Below the pieces are notes generated by a model. The model did not search any database. It saw nothing but the letters and a program-made list of their open reading frames with translations, and was not told the DNA's origin. Source: Yuukianura sp. NJ FZ-2021 (taxonomy: Eukaryota). Taken from it: a stretch of 64,000 bases of DNA. Both the position numbers and the translations under genes were made by a program. Shown here in pieces: positions 25,601 to 38,600 of this stretch (position 1 is the stretch's first letter; the number at the start of each line of letters is the position of its first letter). The stretch covers positions 11,532,001 to 11,596,000 of the forward strand of contig CM102290.1 in the NCBI GenBank assembly GCA_046563655.1. The letters run 5' to 3'.

Positions 25601-28052
25601 TGAATTTTTACTGACTTTTTTTTTCAGTTTTTTGTAAGGTCACGAGGTCGAAATTGATTTTTAACCTTCCTAAAATGAGACAGATCCCCGAATTGGCAAG
25701 AAAAAATTTTCTTTTACATTTTTTAAACGCGCTTGATGAAGCTGATTTTCTTCCAACACCCAAAAATTTAAGTTGTAAGCTCTAAAATTTCTGCTTGTAT
25801 TGTCTCAAAGATGTATATAATGAACAGAATCGAATTGGAACCAGATCAAATTTCCTTAGGATTCTTCAAAAAAATGAAACCAAAAGTTGGTCTGTCCATG
25901 GCTCTTCATTTTGAGAGAAGTTTGAACAAAATATTCGTAGAAAGATGATCCCATTATACTACTTTCGTTACACTACTTCCTTACAGAAACTGAAAACTGA
26001 AACTAAGCCATTTCAGGACTGTCCAAATTATGCAAAAAGTGCATCATCCGGAAATGAAAGCAAAATCTCCATGTGTAATGAAAGTGTGTCAAAACTCCAA
26101 TTTTCTTTGAAATAACACTTCCAATTATCAAAAACATAAAAATAGTCATAATCATTTCAAAATTTTCTTGATACTAAAACATACAATGTCTTACAAGCAA
26201 AGTGTTAAATTGAATTAGCAATTTGTTTGTCCTGTTCATCAGACTTTAAATGCTTGGTGATAAACTTAGAAAAATATAATAAAATTTTATTTCTGTTTTA
26301 AGATCTCCAATTTTTAAAAATTTGACAATCAACGTCATATAAATTTTGTCCAAATCGGTTGAAACTAAATACTTTGCGTCATTACAATAATCTAGTCCAA
26401 ATTTTCGCAATTCAATTTCATAAAATTGTCCAGTTAGAGCGGAAATGACAATTTTGAAGAATTGCAAATTTCATTTCCAAATGGCACATTTCATTTCCAA
26501 CTTGCAACATAAACGATCAATCACTGTTTACGGTTCTCCGAAACAGATGCAGATTGAGTTACAAAGTTACAAACAAATTTAAGTTGCGAGTCATAAACTT
26601 AAATGACCCACAAAGTTTTTAATTGTAAAGAATTTTCATTTACTAAACTACCGTAACTTCCGTTGATTCGATTCTTAGCAATTTTTGGTGTGTAAAAGTG
26701 GAAGTTGCGTCAACTTGCGTCATCAGACGACCGACTTAAAGATTGATCATCTTCTGCTCAATGGAGCCAGCAGATGATGAATTCTTAAAGTTAATTTTAA
26801 GTTTACAATGACACAAATTGGGTTTAAAATATCCAGAAGAAACAAAGTGACGACGATGATGGGTTAAGTGGACCCTTGTTCCTGGACATGATAAGGACCT
26901 AAGAACAGTTTTTAATAACCTACTTGGCTTCTCCATAAGTTTACTGTGTCTTTCAATTGTCTTTTCACTAGAAATCATAGTTTGCGTCTAACGAGTAATC
27001 TGTAAGTCAAAGACTTCCAGAACACCACAATCACTGGACAAGGAAAGAATATGACGAAAATTAAAAAGAAACACAATTGTCTACTGAGCTCAAAAAACCG
27101 GAAACAAACTAAAGCTCGAGACAATAAAGAAAGTTTAACAGACAAGAATTTTTCTAAATTTTTCGAAAATTCTTAAACATTATAGTAATTCGAATATTGA
27201 TTGATGATGAAATGACAAATAAGCAGAATTTGAATTCAACAATTTTTTTTTCTAACAACCAACGAAATCGAAAACCATAAATTGTTGTTAGTAAAAAAAA
27301 ATAACTTGGTGAGAACTTTAGTCGAAGTTTTTAAGCTTCAGAGAAATCAGTTGAAATCTTTTCAACTTCAAAATTGAAACTGAGCACATCAGATTTTTAA
27401 AAACAGACTAATTGCAAGAAATAAAGTGGTTTATGGTTCGTGAGATTGAACGCAACTATGTTTACTCTAAGTTGAATTAACCCGAAAACTAAATTTGTTT
27501 TTAAGTGGGACAAAACTTAAAAACTGAAACAATATTCTGAAAAAACTTACTGAATTCTGGAATTCGATGATGATGGTGGAGGTAGGGTTGTGCTGCCAAG
27601 TGATTGGCCAGGAGCAGTGAGATGTATCCCGGTGACTGGAAAAATGCTGGTGGGGGCGGTGGATGGGGATGATGTGCTGGAAGGAAGGGCAGTAGTGGAC
27701 TGGAACCAGAGGTCAGGGGTGACATAGCGTAGTCTGACATTGACATTCCAGGCGGTGATGCAGACCTCATCGGTGACAAATCTTTGGGAAAATGATCAGC
27801 GTAGCTTGACTGTTGATGAGAACCAGCGACGAGCGGGAACTGCGTTAAATCAAAGACGAACGGTGATTGGTGTTGGTGGTAAGGAGGAATCGAGGATACT
27901 GGAGCTGGACTTTCTTCAGCATCGCGCTCGTCAACAAACGACGACGAAGCAGACTGAGGTTTCGAATCCTTGAGAATGTCAGCGATTTTGTAAGATTTTT
28001 TGGTCAGGGTCAAACTGGCTTGACCCGAACCGTCGTCCTCTCCGCCAGTCAT
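22610..28052 (-). CDS. Hhex: Hematopoietically expressed homeobox protein (Hhex/PRH), NK-like class
   Basis: Exons 28052-27551, 23031-22790 (alternative in-frame donor after 22820) and 22717-22610. Homeodomain KRKGGQVRF..QT..LEKEF..HKYL...DRKRLA..LKLTDRQVKTWFQNRRAKWRK has the Hex-type RKGGQVRF arm and Thr47. N-terminal eh1-like SYKIADIL and a Pro/His-rich region. Confidence 0.93.
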
Positions 28053-28511
28053 GGTCTACCGAATGCAGCCGAGTCGTTCCGAACTGAAATGCTGAACTAC
28101 TGGCTACCTGGAAGCCTGACTATTATTGGACAATCGAAGTTTAGCAGAAGAATTGGTTAGCAGCGTAGTTGTGACTGTAATTGGAGCAACTTTGACACTG
28201 AGGGACTGAGCAGAGGAACCGAAGAGTAGAGAATGACGCTGATAAGAAATTTCGCTCCTCCGCTGGTCACCATCACCACCTCCAGTAATGTCTTTCAATA
28301 TGAAACTCACAAATTCAAATTTCAGCGGTCATTTGCTCCAAGCGTTTCGCTAAAAAAACTTGTAAAACAGCTCAAGCGTTTCAAACCCAACGCAATCACT
28401 TTGAAAATCGTAACATTTTAGCATTGTTTTCGAAATATTCCTGAGAAATGAAAATTGCTCGAAAACACCAACTATACCAATTTGTAAGCGATTTGTTGTG
28501 AAAATTGTCTG

Positions 28512-28586
28512 AGGTCAATGACTTTTCATAGGGTCATTGACCTTTCTGTTGGGGTCATTGACCTTATTACGCAGGGTCATTGACCT
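28512..28586. promoter_or_regulatory. Array of four IR-1 (ecdysone response element-like) palindromes 5' of Hhex
   Basis: AGGTCAATGACTT (28512) and GGGTCATTGACCT (28531, 28552, 28574). Start-to-start spacing is 19, 21 and 22 bp; the spacers differ in sequence. Confidence 0.65.
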
Positions 28587-29083
28587 TTCTCTTATTAGCA
28601 TTAAGTTTGTCTATAGTTGGCCAAAGTTTATAGTGATAGACTTGAAACGACTTCTGAGAAAAAACGCATTTCAAAAGTTATAAACCCAAACAAATTTTTA
28701 TTTAGCTTAATTGTTCGTCTGCAAAAAAAAAGTTTACAGTGCGGGACACAGGAACAGGGGAGTGATATCCAGTTTGAATTGTAGCAATTAAACACTCTAA
28801 TTAACTAACAAATTATTATTAACTTTAGCTTATTTCTTACTAATTGTAGCGGGTAGTATAGTTTTGTTTTATTTAGTTCCTAGGACGCATCAAATACAAG
28901 TTTAAGCATCCAGCCTCAGTTGACACTTCATTCACTACTAAAATCCACTCACTCTAATTCCTTAACTAGGTTAGTTAACCTAAACTTCATACATATAGCC
29001 CTTGACGTCAACACCATGACACTTCCTTTGTAACTACATCCGCTAACGAACATCCACCTTGTACCTCAGGCATCTTCACTTTT

Positions 29084-29127
29084 TGACCTCACTTGACCTT
29101 TGACATCAAAACATTTGACCTTGACCC
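29084..29127. promoter_or_regulatory. Cluster of nuclear-receptor half-sites (DR4, DR1, FTZ-F1-like)
   Basis: TGACCT-cact-TGACCT-t-TGACAT ... TGACCT-TGACCC. Contains TGACCTTGA (reverse complement TCAAGGTCA). Confidence 0.4.
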
Positions 29128-32100
29128 CCACAGTTGGCAGGTTACCAGGAAAGCACCTCCAGCCCAAATGCTTGAGCTCATATCGCTTTCTTGCTTCTTT
29201 TTAAGTTAGGCTAGCCTAACCTACTTTTCAAATCAATTTCATCTTTTTACTCTTTGTTCTTCATGCATCGGTACGATTCTGAAAAATTCAAACTAGATTT
29301 TCATAGTTTTTGAGAACAACAACAAATAGGTTTCATGTAACAATAAAAAAAAAGTGCAAAAATTCATAACATACTTTAAACGTGCCAGGTTTTCACAGCA
29401 TTCTAAAGTCCTGGAAATCCGACTAAAACAAGTTGGTACAATTCAACATTTTCAAAAAAAAATCATCGTCTTTAGCCTAACCTAATTGAAGAAAAAAAAT
29501 CTGTTTACGGCAATTCGCAAATCTAAACACAAAAAATCAATTGCATGAAAACTTAGAATTAGATTAAAATGTTGATTTAAATTTTGGTTTTTCAAAGGAC
29601 AAAAAAAAAAGACCCGCAAAATCATGAGTTAATTAGCTCTTTAGTCGTAAGTTCTCACAGTAAAATGTTTCCTGTTGGTCAATCAATTCCAGCGTAGTTT
29701 GTCTCATTACAAAGTGTTAAAGAAAAGAGATTGAGATTATAATTGAAATAATGACACGTTTAATTGTACAGCCATTTAACCTCATCCAAACCATTTTTCA
29801 GGTGGAGCTACAGCATAAGATTTGAATTTCCCACGGTAAATTAAGCTCCACCCTTTTAGTCCCTTGCCAAACTAAAAAGACTATAGTAGATTCATTTCAT
29901 AGTCATTTCGTTAGAATGAAGTGGTGAAGTTAACGGATACTAACGAATCCCTAACCATAATCTTAATTAAATCCAATCATCAACACTAATCAGTCCATTT
30001 TGTCTTTTCTCACCAAGGGACTCCCATTAAGCACTGAACACCTAAAAATTAAGAGGAAATTAACCAAAGTTCTCATCTAATTAACCATAACAAAAACACC
30101 CCCCATTTTCACACTTAAAACAATAACGTTAGGGTGGTCACTCCCCCCCTCCACTTTCATGATCTTACATTTGGCCATTAGAGTCCTTCAGACAAGTCTA
30201 GTCCTTATGGACACTTTAATGTCTCCATAAGAAGCGTCTAGACTTTTAGAAAGTCCTGTGCTAAACATTAACAGTTGAGAGATAAGGCAACAATTGAATC
30301 ACACACCACTTAACACTTTGCTTTACCTAATTAATCATTACTAATGAGGAAAATCCCACTAAATGTCTTAAATCATTACAAATTTAGGTTTAAACGGTCT
30401 ACAAAAGAGTAAAGGATACCAAATTAATAAACACAAATCTGAAATTGGAATCTAAAATCTAATCTAAAAATCTAAACTTAAAAAACACAATTAAAATTAG
30501 TTAAAACAGTAAAATCGAAATTATAATTAACATTACAGCTGAAATTACAACATTTTAAAAACGAACATTTAGCTTTAACTTTCACTCAAAACACAAAAAA
30601 AAAAGAGAAAAGGAAAAGTGAAATAGTATGCACAATGAAACCAATACAAACGAAAAGTGGGAGAATCTGCGGCCGCCTCAACTTTGTTTTTTTTTTTCAA
30701 CAGAAAAACCAACCACCAGCTCCTAAACTGTTCAAAAATTATTCCGCTCTGTTAAAAATGTTTTTGTGTTAAGCTGTTTTAAAATTTTGAAAATCCCAAT
30801 TATTTGAAATTTCGAAAACCAAAGACTCAAAGTTCTCTTTAAACTTTTAGTATAATACACTTTGAGTTTGGCAGTAGACGAGCTTATTACTGTAAGGAAT
30901 GACTGCAAAATTTGAAACATTTTTCTAAAGCAAGTGTGAGGTGGATTATACCAAAAAAATAGAGTTAAAAAATAACCCAATTCCGGTCGTAATAACAAAA
31001 CTAAAAAAATTAAGTTTAATAAATTTTAGAACAAAGAAGTATTAAGTCATAGGTTTTTGATTTTGGTAAACTAATTAGCATTTCCAGTTTGATTTCTAAA
31101 AAATTTCCAGATTACTCGCAATTCAGACACAAAAGTCTCTACAAAACTCCTTTTTCAACACTCGAAACAAAAAAATCCTTTATTTTTTATTTTTCCTGTT
31201 GTCTCTCTTAATAATTCCGTTCGTCTTGCTAAAAAAATGTAACCAAGTTTTGATTGGCAAAATAATTATCCAAAACCCAAATCAGACTTTAACATCCACC
31301 TCAACACTGCCTATCCGTTTTCCTGGAGATTAGCAGAGAGATTACTCCTTTTGTGCAAAATAATAACTAATTAGTAAGTCCTCAAAACCAACATCCAGCA
31401 ACAATTCCCTATTATTTCTTCAATTCCTTCCCACATTCAACACATCCGGACAACTCAACTATTAATAAACTCACAAAAAAAACTAAAAAGAAAAACTAAA
31501 AGCCCCAAACAAAAGCCTAACCTAAAACACAACCTAACTAACTTTTAACCTAACAATATTTCCTTAGCGTTCTCACAGTTTTCAAAGTGCGGAGAAAAGA
31601 GTCAGAAAAAAAAGTGAAAGCAAATAGTCTGTCTGAGGTTTAAAGCTTGAGACGCCTGCGGTGAAAATTGAAAAACAAAAAAAAAAAAATGAAAGGCAAA
31701 CAATTTGGGAACCTTAAGCTCAGATTTTCTTAAAATTTAAAATTTTTAAAAGTTTCAAACTTGCAAAATTTAAAAAAGCTTCACAAGCTATAAAACACAC
31801 TTTTAGCATTAATAACTTTAACTTTTCAGCTTGTTTTGTTTTGAGCTGCTGCCTTAAGGCCCCTTAGTAGCTCACGCATTCCTAAAAAGACTAGCGGGTC
31901 ACTTAAATATCAAATTCCAGTTAAAATTAAACTTTTAAAATTACGGGTTTTAAAATGATAAGTTTTTACAATATGGATTTTAAAATTATAAAGAGTTTAA
32001 AATTATAACTTTTTAGAATTCAAAAAGCTTTAGAAAACAAAAACTTATTCCTGTTAGGGATGCGCCCTTGTGTCACAAATTAAAAAGTTATTCATGACGT

Positions 32101-32602
32101 TAGGGTCAAAAAAGTTATCGCTCCAAATTTTTTTTTCAAAAAAGACAAAATTCAAAAAACATTCAGCCGCGAGTCTTCAATTCCCGTGTTAAAAGGCTTA
32201 GAAAAGAAATGGGGTGCTTCCAGAAGTGAACTACAAAGCAACTGCGATGCTTTTTTTTTTTTTAGCTTTTTGTGAGAAAAGAACTGTTTTTAAACTTTTA
32301 AATTTTTAGGGTAGGATAATATTTAGAATATTTTTTTTTTTGTAATTTTTTACAACTAAAACTCCATCTCCTGCTGGAGTGCTGATTTACTTCTTCTTTC
32401 TTGATCATTCGACACTGGTTGTGGGTACACTCGGAAACATTTTCATTCTTGCTTTTTTCTTGATTTTGGTTTCAATTGATTCTTCTTTGGTTTGACGAAA
32501 TGGGCTAACTTGTGTAATGCTTTTGAACTTGTGACTATTATGTTTTTTCCATTGGATTTCTATCGTAATTCTCATCATTTTCTCACATGTGATTCTCCAT
32601 TT

Positions 32603-35600
32603 CTAGAACAGCCGAGCCCTACGCTTGATTTCATTTCGACGCCAACCAGGAAGGCGATAGAACTCTGTTCGGCTCATATGGAAAATTCCCTCAAATTCAG
32701 CATCGTTCAGATGACGCTGAAATTATGCAAATACATGAACATCATTAGATTAACACTTAGCCTTTTGAGGTTAAGTTTTCGCTTTAGGTTATGTTCTAGG
32801 CCTCGTTTAAGGTTCCATTGCAACAAAATAGTGGTTTTAAGAGGTTTAAGTAAACAATAAGTTTAGCAATGGGTTAGGAATGCAGATGAGTGTCTTGTAC
32901 TACCTCGAGGTTGTTCCTATCGGCATCAGCCGGAAGACGGTAGTTACTCGTCAGCAGTAAGTGGTACGGGTACACCTTCAAAGGTTCCGTTGACATCACT
33001 GGAGTCATATTAGGCAGCGATCTGCGCAAATGCGGACTGGCCGAAGGATAGCGGAAACCACTTCCTCCTCCATACGTCGTTGCCGGTCGAATGTCACCTT
33101 GGAATCCCTAACAATTTACAACAAAACACAGGAAATTTAGTCCAAATTCTTCAACTTACATTCATAAACTGAAAAGATTGGAGACAGGATATGAACAATA
33201 ATTCGGCAACTTACAAGGGCATGTCTATCCGCTTCAGTAATCGACCCAGTCGAAACTGGAAAAACAAAACAAAAAATTCATTAAAATATTTATCTCAAAA
33301 CACTCATAAAATTTGTCGTTTTTCCAAAAACTTTGGTCTTACTGTCTGATCTTGCACTACTAAATTCAGTACTGTGAGTCTTCTCTCCCATGGCTCCAAA
33401 GGGGTAGTCAGCCTATCAAAATTCACAACAAAAAATTAATTCAACCAAAAAGACTTTAAAATGACTACTTTAAAACTTACAATTCAAAATTTATAAAATC
33501 ATATTTTCTAATGTCCTAATTTCTACTTCCTAAAATCAACCAAACTCTTCGCACAGATCCTGACTCAACATTTGTAACATATTACAAAGTGCCTATAACT
33601 CATAAAAGTTAACCTAAATAACCTAATTTAAAGTAAATACCACACACAAGACGCGCGTAAGTCCAAGTTCCTTACGGTAAGAGCAGCTTGGCTTGAGGTA
33701 CCTCCAACACTGCTGAAAGTATGCGACCGTGGAGCCAACGTATAGCCCGGTTTGGGTGCTTGACGTAAAGAACTTACAACTGAAGCCAAGAATAACACCA
33801 TATCAGAATTTAACTTTCAAAATGGCGCTAGTTTTTCAATTTTTTTTCTTTTTCCAACTTTTGAAATTAAACTTTCAAGTGTAGTGCTTAGCAGCAACAC
33901 AAAATTTTCAAAATGAAACTAAAATCCCAGTTACTTAGCCAGTAACATCTAGTAAAATCTTCAAAAAACAAGTTTCGCTATCACTACACAAAAATTTGCA
34001 TTTCACGCATGTTAAAAACGGGATTTTCAGATTGCAAGTCACGTTTTCTATGATTACAATTTTAGAACAGTCAAGACGCAAGCTTTTGCTCCATTCCACC
34101 ACTACATAAATCCAACTTAAAACAACATCTTTGTTTTAAAACAAAAATCACGTGCTTAAACCAGTTAAAATAAAATATTAAATAACTTAAATCCATTCCA
34201 AATACAAAGGTTCTTCTTAACTTGCATACTTGACTACAGCCCAACTCAAAGTCACAACTACTATAATAATAAATAATAATTTAACAAATGATATAAATTA
34301 TAACGTAAAATTATGGAAAAATATACAAAATAGGTTCAAATCAAAGTAAAAGCAAAACTCAAAACTTACACCCATGCTTGTAGGACCGCCGTGTCGCAGA
34401 ACTGCAGGGAGTGTGGCCGATTTGAGTCCATAACCAGGCTTGGGCACTGTGCGTAGAGATGAGACCACTTAACGTTACGGATCAATTGGACCAGAATAAT
34501 AACAAGTGAACACAGGCACAAAGGAGGTTAATAATGATCATAGTTAGGGGACAGACAGGAACATGCAAAAAACAAAACAAAAGTAGGAAAATATGTTAGT
34601 AAAACTTCAACACTTAAAAATTTTAGTTCAAAAAACACATTTCACAAAAACGTCACGATTCCACAAACACAATAAAAAGCCAAGCAGTGCAGCAGCATTC
34701 AATTTAAAACCATTTGAACAAGGACATTCCCACCACCATTCTACGTATGTCACAGGCACAACCAATACCGCAATACCTGGAACACATTCTGGCAATTCTT
34801 TTAAGGAGCAAATCAAGGCAGGAATCCCAGGTTTAGGTTTACGCACCAAAGCAAAAAAGGCTAAACAAAAACAAAATCATTTCAATTAAACAACTTCTAC
34901 TTCAAAAACTTCTCAAAATTTTTTCAAAAACTTCAAAAATTCACACAAAAACATGTTTTTAAGTTCCTAAAAAAGCAGTTAAGCTTGAAAAGCTGTCTTT
35001 TCGTAGATCAAAAGTTGGCAAAAACCGTCTTCCAGCCCCAAACACATAATCGCTTACCATTGTAGGCTGGAATGGTTCCGACGGACCGACCTACGGAACT
35101 ACGGTAACTCGAACCTCTGTCCAACTCATCTTCGTCCCACGGTCTTGGATGATCCAAATTTCTAGAGGGAGCTATGGAATCAGCATGGAATCAGCATGTG
35201 CATTCTGTTAGTATTTTACATTCTGCCCCGCCAAAATTTTACAAATCCCGCTTTAAATTTCATTCATAAAAGTGCCAAGTTAGCTTGTTCGCTCGGCTTC
35301 GGCAGCAAAAAGCTGAGTTGCTAATGGCGCTAATTTCTTTTTTGATGAGCAACCAATCATCCCGCTCTCTTTCAATTCGTCCAAAGCCAAGGAAAAGGGA
35401 GTTTTTCGTTAAAATAAAGTGACAAGCTTAGCATTGTGACAAATGGGCGCAGTTTCTTTTTAGATTTCGAGTGCCATTGGTGCAGTGAAGGGAGGAGCAG
35501 GAAGTTTGGTACTGTTTATCTACCGTTCTTACAAGCATTGTGTGGTGATTCGTAGCGAAGGCGCAGACTCGGTTCCTTAGCAGCCGATGGAATTCTGGAA

Positions 35601-38600
35601 GCGCTCCGTGGATCCAAATTGTTCATTTTCCATGCCTTCATCTTTTCACGCTCTTTTACATTTTGTAGAAAAACTTTCCCGATTCCAGTGGCAATTTTGC
35701 TGAGTTCCTCTTCCTCTTTCTACAAAACCAAAACATCTTTAGTCTCATTCTTCAGCAAACAAATCATCTAATTAAATGTTATTTATATAAGGTTAATTAT
35801 ATTAAATATTTATGTAATTTGACCTTAAGCTTCGGGTCATCTTCCGGTTTGAAAACCGTGTCAACTTCGTCTTCATCTTCCGATGCCGACACGCCCTTAT
35901 ACGAGTCTGACCATCTCTTCCTACGCTCTGAATAAAGAAACATCAAAATAGCGATGAGTTTCAAAATACCACAGGAAACAAATGGCATTTCAGATGTTGA
36001 AAAATGTAAACTTTTGAAAACTTCGTCGTTCCAAGTTCTCTGATTGATGATCGTTTCAGTTCATTATACCTGGGTCTGTATATGGATACGGCGGTGCAGG
36101 GAAGTCATCTCGCTCAATCTTTGGCTTTTCATCTGGTTTCGGTGGCTTGGCTCCCGGGAAATGAGCCAATTCAATCGGTTCTTCGTTATTCATATGCGGT
36201 GACTTCGGTCTCTGTGTCTCACACTGAATGTGCTCAATCATACTCTTCATTCCGCTCTTCGAATGGGTTTTCGGCAAATGAATTTTCCCTCTGGAAGCAT
36301 TACCTAAAAAACATCCACAAAACTCATTAATAATTCAGTTTTTAAATATTTCAAGTCAAATTTTAAAGAAATTGCTTAACATTCTTCTCGGTATCTTCTC
36401 ATGCATCTCACCTGGAGGACGATGGAAGTGAGGAGAAGTTGGCGGTTTGTCATATGGATCAATCGGTTTACGCAAATAGCCTTGGGAAGGTTCCGCAGTC
36501 AGATAGCTGTAAGTGTAGATTCTCGTAATGTCATCAGAGAACGGTAACTTGTATTCACGCAAAATGAGGCCAGGACTACTCGTTCGATATCCAGAATACT
36601 GTTAGTCAACAAAAATCAACAAAATTAGGCCAGTCAATACATTCGGTCTACTTCGCCATAACTTTTTCAAACAACAAAACAAAGCTATTAAAGCATAAAT
36701 ATTTCTAGCTAAAGTTAAAAATAATAACAAACCTTTCGATTTAAGCTGTTAAATGGACTGTATGAGGAGCCATTAAGACTAGGCGTTCGGGAACGAAAAG
36801 AAAACTAAAAACAAAAACAAGCAACCAAATAAAAACACAGTCAAAAACCAAAATGGAAAAAAAAAACTGAAAATTCGTCCTTGAAGCTGTCCAATTTTCT
36901 GAGAAACTTTTTCTCAGCAATCCACCAACAACACAATAAGATCACAAAACAGCTGATTTCTGTGATCGTAATACAAAAAAATGGAAGGTCACAGGTCATT
37001 TCTCACTTGTGTCTCCGAAGCAGAGCAACTATGGTCCAACTTAGAATCTGGTCTCTCTTCTGTTCCCACGGGATGTCCATTCTCAACAAGTCCATTCAAA
37101 ATGGTGCCATTTTCATTAGGCCCTGGTCCGCACCTTGGATGCCAAATAGCAGTTCCCTGCAAGTACATCTCCTCCCCATCCCCAAACGGATCTCCACACT
37201 TCGTGCACCGGGCACAAGTCGGATGGAAATGATGATTTTCTCCAGCCTAGAACAAAATGCAACAAAAAAGTATTTAAAATCACGTCAATAATTAAACTGA
37301 TATAACATTTATGAATCACATGTTTTCATGTCTTACTTGCAGAACTTTGCCAGAAATATACCGATTGCAGTAAGCACATCGTACTCCGAACAATTTCTGG
37401 TAATCCTTTTCACAGTAAGGTACCCCATCCCTAAAATCACACAAATCCAACAGTCAAAAAATCATCTCCAATCGTCCAAACTTATAAAATTAAGTTAAAT
37501 TCACAAGTTGCCTTACTTTCCCATGTACTCTCCGTGCAGAACAGCATCACATGCCTTGCACTTGAAACACCAAACGTGCCATTGCTTGTCAAGGGCCACC
37601 AGGGCTTGGGCATCTCGTAGTTCTTCCTTACACCCATGACATGCTGAAACGAATAACCACAAGTTGCATTAATCAAATAGTAAATCAATTAACAACTTTT
37701 AGTACCAATGGTCAGTTTGAACATCTAAATTCCTCCGAACAAAGTCACAATTCCAGAAAAAAAAATTCAAACCTCTCCCACAATTTCCAAAGAATAGTTC
37801 CAAAATCTCCAATTTTTTAGTTTTATTCTATCTTTGTTTTTAGTTCTACTCGTTTCTACTTTATTAACGTTTATTGCATTGAATTTCAGTTTTCCCAGTA
37901 GAATTTCAGATGTTCAAAAACCACCTTAGACTAAAATGGCTCTCGTTACGCCCGAGTCCTTACGACTATTATCCAGAGCAGTATGCGGAGACGACGGCGT
38001 GTCAACTTGGCTCGTTTCTCCACTTTGCGAAGAGGTGATGCAGGACTGACACAGGACCTCACTTCCTGAAACTGTCACTTTCGTCCCTGTCGGAAACGGA
38101 TTCCGACAGCGTGCGCAAGTGAAGCAGTTCTGATGGTAGGTACTTCCAAGGGCCGTGACCACTTCGCCCTCAACGTACTTTCCACATGCTCCGCACTTTG
38201 TTCCCCACCGCTGCTGATAGTCCGAGGTACAGTAGTAGGACCCTTCATGTAAGAAAAATCCTCCTTGAGCTAGCGACGCAGAGCAAACTGTTGAATAAGT
38301 ACAAAGAATTCTCAATTAGTTACTTCCTTCATCAGCAAACAAACTGCGATTCTGCAAATTACCAACTCCTATAATTTTTATATGAAGAAACTAGTTTACA
38401 AAAATACAAAAACCAGGTCAATTGGTAGCACAACAGCTATTAATCTACTTTTTCTAACAAACATAAACCAACAACATATTTTAGTATATAGTCATACTCT
38501 TACTTTTGCATTTGAAACAAGCGATGTGGAAAAATTTATCCTGGACTCTGAGAACATCTCCAGAGCACTTCTTCTTGCACGCAGCGCAGTTCGTTTTACC

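Noticed and set aside
35262..35470. Two loosely duplicated segments in an abLIM intron (SKKKL.P-like on the minus strand)
   Set aside because: No usable splice sites or compatible frame found.
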